Part shown: one piece after another, positions 40,280 through 49,446 of the stretch
How the letters are laid out: the number at the start of each line of letters is the position of its first letter
Position numbering within the stretch: position 1 is the first letter of the stretch
Source: a virus
Lineage: Duplodnaviria > Caudoviricetes
DNA: 64,000 bases
Virus record (IMG/VR): IMGVR_UViG_3300049825_000745
Span: 539 to 64,538 of that record
Reading direction: 5' to 3' (one strand)
The notes under the pieces: generated by a model
The model's database searches: none
Told to the model about the DNA's origin: nothing
What the model saw: only the letters and a program-made list of their open reading frames with translations
Position numbers and translations under genes: made by a program

Positions 40280-42080
40280 CGGATCGGATACGTGTCAGGT
40301 TGACGAAGTTTTAGTGATTTGTCGAGCAGCCAAGAAAAGTAAGCCAGTGTCGGGATATCGAGCAGTACATGAGGCTGTTCGCGGTGGGGGCTGGGTTTGG
40401 GAGCCTGTGAAGGTTTTGGCTGAGGTAGTGACTAACGGCAATGGCAATGGGCATAAGCCTGCAGATGCGGTGGGGTTTGAGCCTTTGGTGGACGGGGATG
40501 AACCGCAGGCCAAAGAGTCTACTAATTCTAAAGGCATTGGCGATGACGATGGGAGAACGTTTAACCAGAAAGCTCATGAAAAGCTTTACAGCCAAAACAA
40601 ATGGGTTTGCTTTTCTAACGATCTTTATATCTGGGAGGGAAATTATTATAGGTTAGTGACTGACGATGAAGAGATCCCTAGAATACAAGTTTTTTGTGAC
40701 TCCTATACCGAAGACAAAGCTATAGGAAGAGGAGCGAAGCAGCAGGTCATAACAACATATCCATACGCTAATCCTCGTTCAGTTTTGGACGTTTTGAAGT
40801 GGGTAAAGATGAAGTACACAAAGGATATGTGTTTTGTTAATCCACCTGGGATTAATTGCAGCAATGGAGTGGTCAACCTTCTTTGGGTTGGGAAAACATT
40901 GACTGTAGAACTTGTAAATCACGACCATTCAGTTCATTACTATATTTCAAAACCAAGCGTAAAATACGATCCAAAAGCAAGCCCAAAATGTTACGAAAAA
41001 ATGATGGAGTGCTTAGACGATGGCGCTAGGCAAATTTGGGAAAGAACCATAGCTGCATCCATTGATATGCCTACAATCCGAAAATATGGTAGTAGAACAG
41101 TAAAGGCTTTATTCTTAAAAGGCGATGGGTCTAACGGGAAGGATTCATTAAAGCGAATCACTCAAATATTGTTTGGGCGTGGCGCTATGTCTGCATGTTC
41201 ATGCACAGATTGGCAGCAATACGATGAGGGCAGATATTTTACTATTTACCCATTGCAAGGAAAGAGAATTAATTGGCCTTCAGAAAACGCTGATGCTGGC
41301 AGAATAGACAGGCTTCAAGGGCTTAAGGCTGCTATCACTGGAGATGAAATTATTTTCGAGAGGAAGGGCAGAGACCCTCAGTCGGGAGAGCCTCAAGCCG
41401 TGTTTCTTTTTAATATCAATGAGAACCCTAATTTATTGGCACAGCTAAAGGCCAATGCTAGCCGTTGGGCGATCATTCCTTTTGATAAAACGTACTCAGA
41501 CAACCCAGGAGTAGGGGAACTTAAGGCTGATTCAAGATTTAAGGATGACCTTGAATTCTTGAATCAGAATGTAGTCCCAGCTTTTTTGAACAAGATTTTG
41601 GAGCAACTTCAGAACGTTGTTAGAGACGGCATTGACTACAGCCCAGTGCAAGAAACGATGGACTCATTGCAAAAAGACTCATGCCATCTTCTGCGGTTCG
41701 CAGAAGACGAAGGACTAAGGTATATCCCAAATAACACTATTACCCCTAGCGAAATCTGGGATCGTCTCAAGGCTTGGTACATCAGTGAGGGGATTCTTAC
41801 GATTGATCATGCATACAACAAGCTTGAGTCAGCGGAAAAAAACGTATGGGTGTCTCAGGCCAATCCCCTTGACCATAACGTCAAGGGGGCTAATCAGGTC
41901 ATGACTCGCTTTCTTGAGCTTTTCCCAAAAGCAAAGCAAGGATCAGGCTTAGATAAAAACAAAAACAAAAAGCTACACATCATAGGGCTAGGGTTTGAGC
42001 CAAAACAGACTCCAGTAATCCCAGTCCCAGAGACAGGCCCGACCCTTCCCGGCCCTGATGACTATGTTTATGAAGGGTAG
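40257..42080 (+). CDS. Phage primase-helicase (D5/P4-like SF3 helicase)
   Basis: N-terminal CPIC..C; INCSNG; Walker A GDGSNGKDS; LKAAITGD; IIPFDK. Confidence 0.85.
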   Translation: MSVCPICNGSDTCQVDEVLVICRAAKKSKPVSGYRAVHEAVRGGGWVWEPVKVLAEVVTNGNGNGHKPADAVGFEPLVDGDEPQAKESTNSKGIGDDDGRTFNQKAHEKLYSQNKWVCFSNDLYIWEGNYYRLVTDDEEIPRIQVFCDSYTEDKAIGRGAKQQVITTYPYANPRSVLDVLKWVKMKYTKDMCFVNPPGINCSNGVVNLLWVGKTLTVELVNHDHSVHYYISKPSVKYDPKASPKCYEKMMECLDDGARQIWERTIAASIDMPTIRKYGSRTVKALFLKGDGSNGKDSLKRITQILFGRGAMSACSCTDWQQYDEGRYFTIYPLQGKRINWPSENADAGRIDRLQGLKAAITGDEIIFERKGRDPQSGEPQAVFLFNINENPNLLAQLKANASRWAIIPFDKTYSDNPGVGELKADSRFKDDLEFLNQNVVPAFLNKILEQLQNVVRDGIDYSPVQETMDSLQKDSCHLLRFAEDEGLRYIPNNTITPSEIWDRLKAWYISEGILTIDHAYNKLESAEKNVWVSQANPLDHNVKGANQVMTRFLELFPKAKQGSGLDKNKNKKLHIIGLGFEPKQTPVIPVPETGPTLPGPDDYVYEG

Positions 42081-42390
42081 TACCCAGTTGTACCCAGGTA
42101 GTACCCACTTACGTACCCACCTAAAAACGTGTGATCTATAGCCTGAAGGGGTTCCGTATCTAGTAGTACCCAGATCGCCTATTTTACCCTATACACGCGA
42201 GAGAGTTAAAAAAAAAGATGTACTACATAAAAAGATTAAAAAAGCAAAAAATAACTAAAACCTCCAGCGATAGGGGGCATTTTTGGCGATCTGGGTATGT
42301 GTGGGTACGGAACCTTTACGGGGCAAAGGTTCCAGAAAAAAAAGTGGGTACACCGATGGGTACTACCTGGGAACACCTGGGTACTACTAT
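42076..42390. repeat. Large imperfect inverted repeat of GTACCC iterons, putative replication origin
   Basis: Left arm TAGTACCCAGTTGTACCCAGGTAGTACCCAC...TACCCAGATCGCC; right arm GGCGATCTGGGTA...GGGTACTACCTGGGAACACCTGGGTACTAC; A-rich centre. Confidence 0.7.
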
Positions 42391-42487
42391 TTGTTACATA
42401 GCTTGATACAAAAAAAATGACTTAAAAAATATTTAGCGTACTACATTCAAAAAAGATTGCGTACTACATTGGGCAAGTCTGCGGCCT

Positions 42488-42793
42488 TTGCCCATCCGTA
42501 AAACAGGCACCTACACCGCCACAGCCACAGACCAGCAGCATTTTGCCCCGTTCGGCATTACGTTGAAGCTCAAGATTGTTGAATGCGATCGCGCCATAGA
42601 AGGGGCTACTGTGGGCACAGGAAAAGTCAGGGCTATCCTGGCAGACCGTAAGGCATTAGAACAGGCGTACAAGGCGCATCCAACGGCTGATGAAGACCTG
42701 CTAGCTAAGTTCATAGAGGCTTTTCTCTGCACCTATGGAGCGGGGAAACCGCTCAAACCCCTAGGTTGGGGTGCTTTTTGTTTGTTATACTAA
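42488..42793 (+). pseudogene. C-terminal remnant of a BRO-family gene
   Basis: Starts PIRKTGTYTATATDQQ, a near-copy of the end of the BRO-N gene at 43177-43235. Confidence 0.5.
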
Positions 42794-42877
42794 GTATACT
42801 ATTCAAGTTTGACGTAGCTTGATGGTGCAATAACATATCATCTGTTATGATAATTATGTTATTCACTTTGGGGTTGC

Positions 42878-43243
42878 TTGATGGCTCTCACTATTGCATC
42901 TAGTCTTGAATTTTCATCTCAATCGTTTACCGTTTACCTTGATCCTGATAATGAGACTTGGTTCCAGGGGCTTGAATCGTGCAATCAGTTGGAATTAACT
43001 AACCCTACCTTGACTCTTCAGCGTCATGTTTCACCACAGTATCGGTGTCAAATCGCAGATGGACGCGGAAAGCCAGCATGGTTTATCAAAGAACCAGGAC
43101 TTTATCAGTTGATTTTTGCTTCTAAGTCTGAACGCGCTGAAAAATTCAGAGAATGGGTATTCAAAGATGTCCTCCCCACCATCCGCAAAACAGGCTCATA
43201 CACCGCCACAGCAGCCGACCAGCAGCTTTTCTTTGGAGCTTAG
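42878..43243 (+). CDS. BRO-N domain antirepressor-like protein
   Basis: EPGLYQLIFASKSERAEKFREWVFKDVLPTIRKTGSY. Confidence 0.9.
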   Translation: MMALTIASSLEFSSQSFTVYLDPDNETWFQGLESCNQLELTNPTLTLQRHVSPQYRCQIADGRGKPAWFIKEPGLYQLIFASKSERAEKFREWVFKDVLPTIRKTGSYTATAADQQLFFGA

Positions 43244-43245
43244 TC

Positions 43246-43680
43246 ATGAAAGCCATCCTTAAATTAAACGGGAAAGCCGCCAAAGCCCTCTCCTACAACA
43301 CCTCATCTGTCACCCTAGCCACCAAGTCCGGCAAGCCCGACATTATCACCTGGGCGGACGTAGACTACCTCGTCGGCGATGACGGCCTAGAGCGTCACCG
43401 AGAGGTCGTAGAGGGCACGCCCAAAATCATCGTCCAGGCACCCAAAGATCCTCGATGGGGATCCATGGCGATCGCCCCAACCCAACCAAACCTATTCGCA
43501 CCCCCGCTAAAATGCCCTCAGGATGATTTTGAGGATGCGATCACCTTGATAGATGCCATCGACAATGACGATGTGCGTGAGGCTGTGCGGGGGGTGCTAA
43601 CGGCAACGTTTGAGGGGGAGGAGAAGCGGAAGCTTTGGGGGATGTTGAGTTTTGATCAGAAAGCGAGGTTGAAACATTGA
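43246..43680 (+). CDS. Hypothetical protein
   Basis: MKAILKLNG... begins right after the BRO stop. Confidence 0.55.
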   Translation: MKAILKLNGKAAKALSYNTSSVTLATKSGKPDIITWADVDYLVGDDGLERHREVVEGTPKIIVQAPKDPRWGSMAIAPTQPNLFAPPLKCPQDDFEDAITLIDAIDNDDVREAVRGVLTATFEGEEKRKLWGMLSFDQKARLKH

Positions 43681-43744
43681 TTTCTTGCCAAACCCCCAAT
43701 CTTGTGTGTACAATGGACGCATACTATAGAGAGTTGAATCTGTT

Positions 43745-44020
43745 ATGTCTCAGGCCCAAGTTCTTGATAAGCCGTGCACCGAAATCAGCCCATCCTTGGG
43801 GCAGGTCATCTGCATTCATCCCCATGCAGATAAGGCAAGCCACGTCTATTATTTTGATGCGTTGGTTTCCCACAAAGATCACCTCGAACGCCGTCAAGTT
43901 TTGGTTGTTTCTCCAAGCGACTCGCTTGCCGCCGTCAACAGAGCGGTTTGGGCTGAGTTAGGCGATCGCTGGTTCTGCGTTCAATTTCGAGTCAGGAGAA
44001 AAAACAATGCCACGCGGTAA
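43745..44020 (+). CDS. Hypothetical protein
   Basis: TTGCCA...TACAAT promoter-like signals upstream; overlaps next gene. Confidence 0.5.
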   Translation: MSQAQVLDKPCTEISPSLGQVICIHPHADKASHVYYFDALVSHKDHLERRQVLVVSPSDSLAAVNRAVWAELGDRWFCVQFRVRRKNNATR

Positions 44021-44147
44021 ACGATTTGTGATGTGGTTAGTTGGCCATGACGAAGCAATTTTTGCTGCATTGAAACTAAAATTTCCGAGTCTTAAAAAAG
44101 CTCAGATTGTCAGGATAGCACTGCAAACATTATTGGACTCGGAATAA
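44007..44147 (+). CDS. Small RHH-like protein (46 aa)
   Basis: MPRGKRFVMWL...SLKKAQIVRIALQTLL; AGGAG RBS; TAATG overlap with next ORF. Confidence 0.55.
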   Translation: MPRGKRFVMWLVGHDEAIFAALKLKFPSLKKAQIVRIALQTLLDSE

Positions 44148-44331
44148 TGGCCACACGAATTAATCTAGAAGGCCAGCGGCAAAAAGACGGTCGCCTGACC
44201 GCTATCAAATAGACCTCCAGGAGTCCCGCGCTGTACCTGTACTCAGGTCAGCGTCGGGAGGAATGGAGATCTATTTGAGAAAGATGATTTTTACAAAGCA
44301 AAAAAGTATCAGAGCTGGAATTTTCACATGA
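44147..44331 (+). pseudogene. Short ORF interrupted by a 60-bp palindromic insert
   Basis: MATRINLEGQRQKDGRLTAIK* resumes YLRKMIFT...IFT* if the insert plus one TA is removed; restored stop overlaps the next ATG (ATGA). Confidence 0.6.
44212..44271. mobile_element. 60-bp mini-element: TA duplication, short terminal inverted repeats, IS605 left-end hairpin inside
   Basis: TA|GACCTCCA...CCCGCGCTGTACCTGTACTCAGGTCAGCGTCGGGA...TGGAGATC|TA; core identical to the reverse complement of about 1512-1546. Confidence 0.7.
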
Positions 44332-44528
44332 CACAACTTAGGCCGTTTGCCAAATACGCCAAGCAATTTCAATGGTTCACAACTGTTGTGACGCGGCTCC
44401 AGCCCGACTATGTTGGGGTTGCGTGGAGCATCGCCCATCGAGAGGGACTGGAACATGCGATCGCATTTTGCGAGACCAAGATCCAAGACTCTCAACTGAT
44501 GCAGGCGTATCGAGACTCTGAATTTTGA
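44328..44528 (+). CDS. Hypothetical protein
   Basis: 66 aa; ATGA-coupled. Confidence 0.45.
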   Translation: MTQLRPFAKYAKQFQWFTTVVTRLQPDYVGVAWSIAHREGLEHAIAFCETKIQDSQLMQAYRDSEF

Positions 44529-44800
44529 TCAATTTCCTCCTCCAGTGGGCACAGTAAACGTATACCCACTGGAGACAACCCATGAACTTAAATCAAAGCA
44601 TCTTGCGCATTCGAGAAGCTGGCAGCAATGCAAAACGCTCGATACTCTGAGGTTGAAGCACTTTTCTCGCAGCCTGCCACCCATGTTGAGGCAGCGGCGA
44701 TCGCCCAACTAAAAAATATTTTTGGATAGGGGCTTGACAATGCCTAGAAAATACTAGATACTGAAAGAGTACCAGCTTGACAAACAAAGGGAAACGACCA

Positions 44801-44944
44801 ATGGCTAAAACTGACGAAGAACTCAAGACAATCCACAGTCGGCTAACTTGTTGGATCAAGGCTGAGCCTAGGCAGTGGAAAGATTTGGAGGCTTTCCTTG
44901 GGGCCATGGGGTATCAGATGAAGATTTTCAAAAAAGCCGAATAG
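44801..44944 (+). CDS. Small protein, paralog of 48109-48318
   Basis: MAKTDEELKTIHSRLTCWIKAEPRQWKDLEAFLGAMGYQMKIFKKAE. Confidence 0.55.
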   Translation: MAKTDEELKTIHSRLTCWIKAEPRQWKDLEAFLGAMGYQMKIFKKAE

Positions 44945-45277
44945 AGCCCTTGACAAACTCGATTTAAGGAAGCTTTGCAAATGAAAAAAGTCCTAGTGGC
45001 AAGCGCAATTATCGCCAGTTTGATTTGGTTGGCGATCGCATGGAATCTCAAACAGCAGGATGAGGATTACCCCAATGGATTTTAATTCGGTGAATATAGT
45101 CACCACCGGAAAAACCGGAAATTGCGGCACGTACCTAAAGCACAAGCATGGCGGTCGCCCCTTACTTATTCGCTTGGTATCCTTTGAGGGTCCTTTCCTC
45201 CATGGACAAAATCGAGGCCGCAATTACGTTGTCCTCGCAGAAGATTACGAACCATATCGCTCAACGAGATAGCAGAG

Positions 45278-45325
45278 TTGACATAATCCCCCGCGTCGCT
45301 TAACTGCGAACGCGGGCGTTAACCA
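45278..45325 (-). mobile_element. Orphan IS605-type right-end-like hairpin
   Basis: Minus strand GCCCGCGTTCGCAGTTAAGCGACGCGGGGGATTATGTCAA; related hairpin at about 48345-48380. Confidence 0.45.
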
Positions 45326-45386
45326 TAGACGCTCAGCCACTCTGTACTACGATAAAATCAAGTCACTGTAGCCAAGAGAAAATTTA

Positions 45387-45932
45387 ATGGGTCTCGGTTC
45401 TATCCCTTTTGAGCGCTCGATCGTTCGCAAAAAATCGACTCAGTTTCGGTTTGATATAGATCCGGTTGTCTATCAAAAGTTTATGGCCGCCATTTATAGC
45501 GGTGTCTCTGTAGATGATTCGGCTTGGTCCGCTGGTGTTCAACCTCGCACCGTTTACTATTGGCTCCAAAAAGGCGAGATACTTTATGAGTCTGATGCAG
45601 ACCTTCCCCCCAGTTCCACGGCGTGGCAATATGCCCGCTTTTTTCACGACTACAAAATAGCGGCGTCCCAAGCGGTTGTTAAACACTCCATAAACATTGA
45701 TAGTGCTAGTATTAAATCTACACCAACAAACTGGACAGCAAGCGCGTGGAAGCTCGAAAGACTGCGCCCTGAGACTTATTCTCAAAAATATATAATCGAG
45801 AAAATAACGGATAAAAAAGTTCTCGAAGTGGTCAAATTTTTGTTCGAACAATCCCCCGATGACGACTTTAGAGAGAAATTAGCGGGTATTGTGGGCATGA
45901 TCCCAACACTAAAATTGAGCGATGCAGCTTAG
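45387..45932 (+). CDS. Terminase small subunit
   Basis: HTH-like AGVQPRTVYYWL and WTASAWKLERLRPETY; overlaps terL. Confidence 0.7.
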   Translation: MGLGSIPFERSIVRKKSTQFRFDIDPVVYQKFMAAIYSGVSVDDSAWSAGVQPRTVYYWLQKGEILYESDADLPPSSTAWQYARFFHDYKIAASQAVVKHSINIDSASIKSTPTNWTASAWKLERLRPETYSQKYIIEKITDKKVLEVVKFLFEQSPDDDFREKLAGIVGMIPTLKLSDAA

Positions 45933-47652
45933 TAGTCAGTTGCAATATGCACGGTTAACGGCTCCCAAAGCTGACCCTAATCAGAACCTAGAATGGCGCG
46001 TACCCTTTCCTGAATACGCTCACAATCCGGCTGGGTTTATTGTTGAGGTGATGGGCAAAACGCTAACTCCAGATCAGCTCACAATTCTGGCGTCAATCGC
46101 CAACAACCGCGAAACCAATGTCCAGGCGTCTCATGGGCTTGGCAAAACCCAGGTCGCTGCGTGGTTAACCTACTGGGGAGTCTTGGCATGGGATGGGATT
46201 ATCGTTACAACTGCCCCAACGTTTGAGCAAGTTGAGAAATTGCTGTGGCGATATATTGCAAAAGAAGAAGGCATAATTAAGGCTGCGATTAGGTCAAAGG
46301 GCCGTGAGTGGGAAGCGATCGCGCGGAACTTTAGACTACTCACGGTCGAAATAAAATACGGCAAAATGCAACGAGCGTGGGGATTTAGCCCGTCCAACTA
46401 TAAACCCGACTCGTTTCAGGGATTGCACGATGTGCGGATTGGTATTCTGATGGACGAAGCCTCAGGCATCCCTACGCTAATTGATGAGGGAGCTTCTACC
46501 TGCGTCCAGGGGGAAGATAACTGGATCTGTCGCCAGGGCAACCCAGTTAGCAACAACACCGCGTTTCAAAAAGCCTGCGGGCGATCGCATATCAGGATTG
46601 CAGTCTGGAGTCACCCTAATGTCAAATGGGCGTATCGCTTGGTTGTCACCGACCAACATCCTGAGGGCATCCACCGACTAAAACCAGAGGTGGCTGAGGC
46701 GATTGGTTTAACGTCCAAGGGTGAGGTATTGCCCCAAAAGCAATGGCCTGATTGGTGTCAGCGCGATCTATACCCAGGGGCTGTCTCGATCGCATGGATC
46801 GAGACGGTGCGATATGAGCATGGCGAAAATTCGGTGTACTGGGAGACTCGTGTAGAGGGTAGGTTTTCAACTGACAGCGGATCGTCAATTGTCCCTAGCA
46901 CGTTTTTTGCTGCGGCCCGTGCGCGGTGGGACGCGGATCCTGATAAATGGCTACGCATTGCTGAGCAGCACCCGTACAAGATTGGGGTTGATGTGGGGGA
47001 TGGTGGCGACCCTCATGCGATCGCCGTCAGTCGTGGGCCTGTGTTGCTGTATTGTGCTGAGATTCCCTCTACCAGTGCAATTGATACTCAAATTAATCTG
47101 GCTCAACGTGTGGCGCGCATTGCGATCGCCTTATTTTTTAACGAATGGGTTTGGGATGAGCGCGAGGTAATTGACAAGGCGATTCCAGCGTGCGACGATG
47201 CCACATGGAGAAAACAGATTCTCTATGAGTACGATCGCAGCAAGCTAGAAAATAAAATTATTGCACAGGTGGATTGCGTTGGGGTTGGCTCAACCGTCGC
47301 TGGATTGATTGCGGGGCTGGACGTGCCATCGGCTGAGGTTCGTTGGGGCGATGGAGCCACGCTTAAAGACAAATTTATGAACCGGAAGGCTGAAGATTTC
47401 TGGAGCTATCGTCAGGCGTTGCAAAGCCAGGATACGGCGATCGCCCCATTCTCGCGATACGAAGATCAGGCTATGTCTGAGTTTTCCCAGATTTATTATA
47501 TGGAGCAGCCCTCTACGGGCAAACTTAAGATTGAGGACAAAGACATCAGCAAAGCTCGGATTGGGCATTCTCCGAACCTTGCTGATTCCATTATTTATAG
47601 CCAGTGTGAGGCTGAGTCGGCGGTCAGTGACTGGCTTAGCGTCTATGGTTGA
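45922..47652 (+). CDS. terL: Terminase large subunit
   Basis: ASHGLGKT (Walker A), TAPTFEQ, MDEASGI (Walker B), GVDVGDGGD, VDCVGVG, SPNLADS. Confidence 0.95.
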   Translation: MQLSSQLQYARLTAPKADPNQNLEWRVPFPEYAHNPAGFIVEVMGKTLTPDQLTILASIANNRETNVQASHGLGKTQVAAWLTYWGVLAWDGIIVTTAPTFEQVEKLLWRYIAKEEGIIKAAIRSKGREWEAIARNFRLLTVEIKYGKMQRAWGFSPSNYKPDSFQGLHDVRIGILMDEASGIPTLIDEGASTCVQGEDNWICRQGNPVSNNTAFQKACGRSHIRIAVWSHPNVKWAYRLVVTDQHPEGIHRLKPEVAEAIGLTSKGEVLPQKQWPDWCQRDLYPGAVSIAWIETVRYEHGENSVYWETRVEGRFSTDSGSSIVPSTFFAAARARWDADPDKWLRIAEQHPYKIGVDVGDGGDPHAIAVSRGPVLLYCAEIPSTSAIDTQINLAQRVARIAIALFFNEWVWDEREVIDKAIPACDDATWRKQILYEYDRSKLENKIIAQVDCVGVGSTVAGLIAGLDVPSAEVRWGDGATLKDKFMNRKAEDFWSYRQALQSQDTAIAPFSRYEDQAMSEFSQIYYMEQPSTGKLKIEDKDISKARIGHSPNLADSIIYSQCEAESAVSDWLSVYG

Positions 47653-47653
47653 C

Positions 47654-47680
47654 ACTCCCTCGGCTTTAGCCGAGGGATTC
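47654..47680 (+). mobile_element. Orphan TTGAC-type IS605 left-end-like hairpin at terL stop
   Basis: TTGAC|ACTCCCTCGGCTTTAGCCGAGGGATTC; the terL TGA lies within TTGAC. Confidence 0.55.
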
Positions 47681-47737
47681 TCATTCTTGCTCACAATTCC
47701 CCGCGTTAGCAGGGGAATTGCTCACTTACTGAGTTAG

Positions 47738-48112
47738 CTCCTAGACGGGAAGCCCCGCGCTCTATCCGCTTCGGATGAGCGTCGGGATGAAAGGCGCGGC
47801 GGTAAGGAGTCCAACCCCCGAACGATTTTGACCAACGCTCAAACAGTGTGCGGGGTTGGCGATGAGCCGCCAAAAGTGTAAGATAGATGCGGTGTAGTCG
47901 CCCACCAAAATGTCTGTAACCATCAGAACCAGCATAGTTTGGGAATGACATGCAATGTCTAGCTCGACCGTGGGTCATCAGGTCGAGGGGAAATAAAGCT
48001 CGTGGAGGAGTGAGGGTTGCCTCGTCCTGTGAAGCGAGAAGCCAAGGATTCCGAAGCCCGCGCTGTATGCTACGCATCAGCGGCGGGTAAGGGAAAGACT
48101 AGGATATGTCAC
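47738..48112 (+). mobile_element. Non-autonomous IS605 derivative (left end, distinct omegaRNA-like region, right end), 375 bp
   Basis: TTAG|CTCCTAGACGGGAAGCCCCGCGCT...GCGTCGGGATGAAAGGCGCG closely matches the left end at 1562; ends GAAGCCCGCGCTG...CAGCGGCGGG...ATGTCAC. Confidence 0.85.
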
Positions 48113-48318
48113 GAGAGTTTTTTGAAAATCTCGATTTGGTACCCCATAGCGTTCAGGAACGCCTCTAAATCCGTCCACTGGCGTGGTTCTGCCCTAATCC
48201 AGCAGGTTAACCGCCTGTGGATGGTTTTGAGTTCCTCATCGGTCTCAGCGGCTAGGGTTTTACTAGCCGCGTAGATGGTGAGGTTTTCGTTGTCTAGGAT
48301 GGTTTGGATGTTGATCAT
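48109..48318 (-). CDS. Small putative DNA-binding protein; stop codon supplied by the element's right end
   Basis: MINIQTILDNENLTIYAASK...RRLTCWIRAEPRQW...; its TGA is the reverse complement of TCA in TCAC. Confidence 0.6.
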   Translation of the reverse strand: MINIQTILDNENLTIYAASKTLAAETDEELKTIHRRLTCWIRAEPRQWTDLEAFLNAMGYQIEIFKKLS

Positions 48319-48382
48319 TGGTTTTTGATAATGAACAATAAGGCAACGCCCGCGTTCACCGTTAAGCGGCGCGGGCGTTAAT

Positions 48383-48628
48383 TTACACCGAAGCCGATTG
48401 TCGGTAGTGCGCTCTAGCCTCATTTGTCGAACAAACAATATGTCGATGAATCGACATAAATTCGTATTGATCGTAAGCCCAAGAATGAATGGCGGCATTG
48501 TCGCCAGAAATGTAATATGTTGTTCTAGATTGATATGTAGGAATGGACTTTCCGTTGATTGAAAAAACTTTATTAGATCGCTTAGCGTCAGAAATAATAG
48601 CTGCAACACTCATTTGTTTATCTCTCAC
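48383..48628 (-). CDS. Hypothetical protein
   Basis: ORF downstream of a TTGACA-17nt-GATAAT promoter-like signal on the minus strand. Confidence 0.45.
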   Translation of the reverse strand: MRDKQMSVAAIISDAKRSNKVFSINGKSIPTYQSRTTYYISGDNAAIHSWAYDQYEFMSIHRHIVCSTNEARAHYRQSASV

Positions 48629-48783
48629 TCAGGTATATCACCATTATCTAGTATTGCCTAGATAATGTCAAGGGGGTGGGGAAATTTTTTTTGGGCGATC
48701 GCAATGAAGCGCCAATACCGCACAACCATTTTGTCGCCAACCGCTCTAGACTAAGCCCCGACTATACAGCTACACTCTAGGAC

Positions 48784-49446
48784 ATGGGCAAAGTCACAAT
48801 TTACGGCAAGGGCAAAGTGGGCGATCGCATCGAATCGACCTACTACAAAGAGGGCGACCAAACCCTCTGGAGTACGACGGTAGACGCATCTGAATCGTGG
48901 TCTGGAATTTTCGAGACGAACGACCCAGGCGATTTTGAATCGTATTACCTGTTCCGATTCCCAGGCGAACCGCCTCGTCGGGTATTTTTGCCTAGCAGCT
49001 CATTGCCCCTTCTTATGTTTGAGCCAGTAGGTAGTGTGCCCAATTTCAGCCCTCAACCTACTGGGCCAGCCGTTGGGGGTGCGGTGGACGATCGCCGAGA
49101 GATTTTCCAGGCCAATACGTTCACGGCTCCCTGTATCCTCAAAAATGTTGGGGGTGTCTGGGATTTTGCCCGCGCTGACAGTATTGCAAACTCAGATATC
49201 TGGCTGTGCGTTGAGGCAACTCCAACGTCGTTCAAAAAAGCGAATTCGTTCCGGGAGTATTACCTACCCAATCACGGAATTGCTGGAGCAGACAATTCGC
49301 TGCTACTCCTATCTGCTACGTCTTTGAGAGGCGAGCTGACGACTGTTGCGCCAACCACTGGGCAGGTTCTCTCAATTTTGGGAGTACGGATAGATGCCAA
49401 TTATATTTACTGGGCACCTAGTTTTAGAGTTGAGGTTGTTGCCTGA
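48784..49446 (+). CDS. Putative virion structural protein
   Basis: AGGA RBS; ARAD...GELTTVAPT...LGV pattern seen in fibre/decoration proteins. Confidence 0.5.
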   Translation: MGKVTIYGKGKVGDRIESTYYKEGDQTLWSTTVDASESWSGIFETNDPGDFESYYLFRFPGEPPRRVFLPSSSLPLLMFEPVGSVPNFSPQPTGPAVGGAVDDRREIFQANTFTAPCILKNVGGVWDFARADSIANSDIWLCVEATPTSFKKANSFREYYLPNHGIAGADNSLLLLSATSLRGELTTVAPTTGQVLSILGVRIDANYIYWAPSFRVEVVA

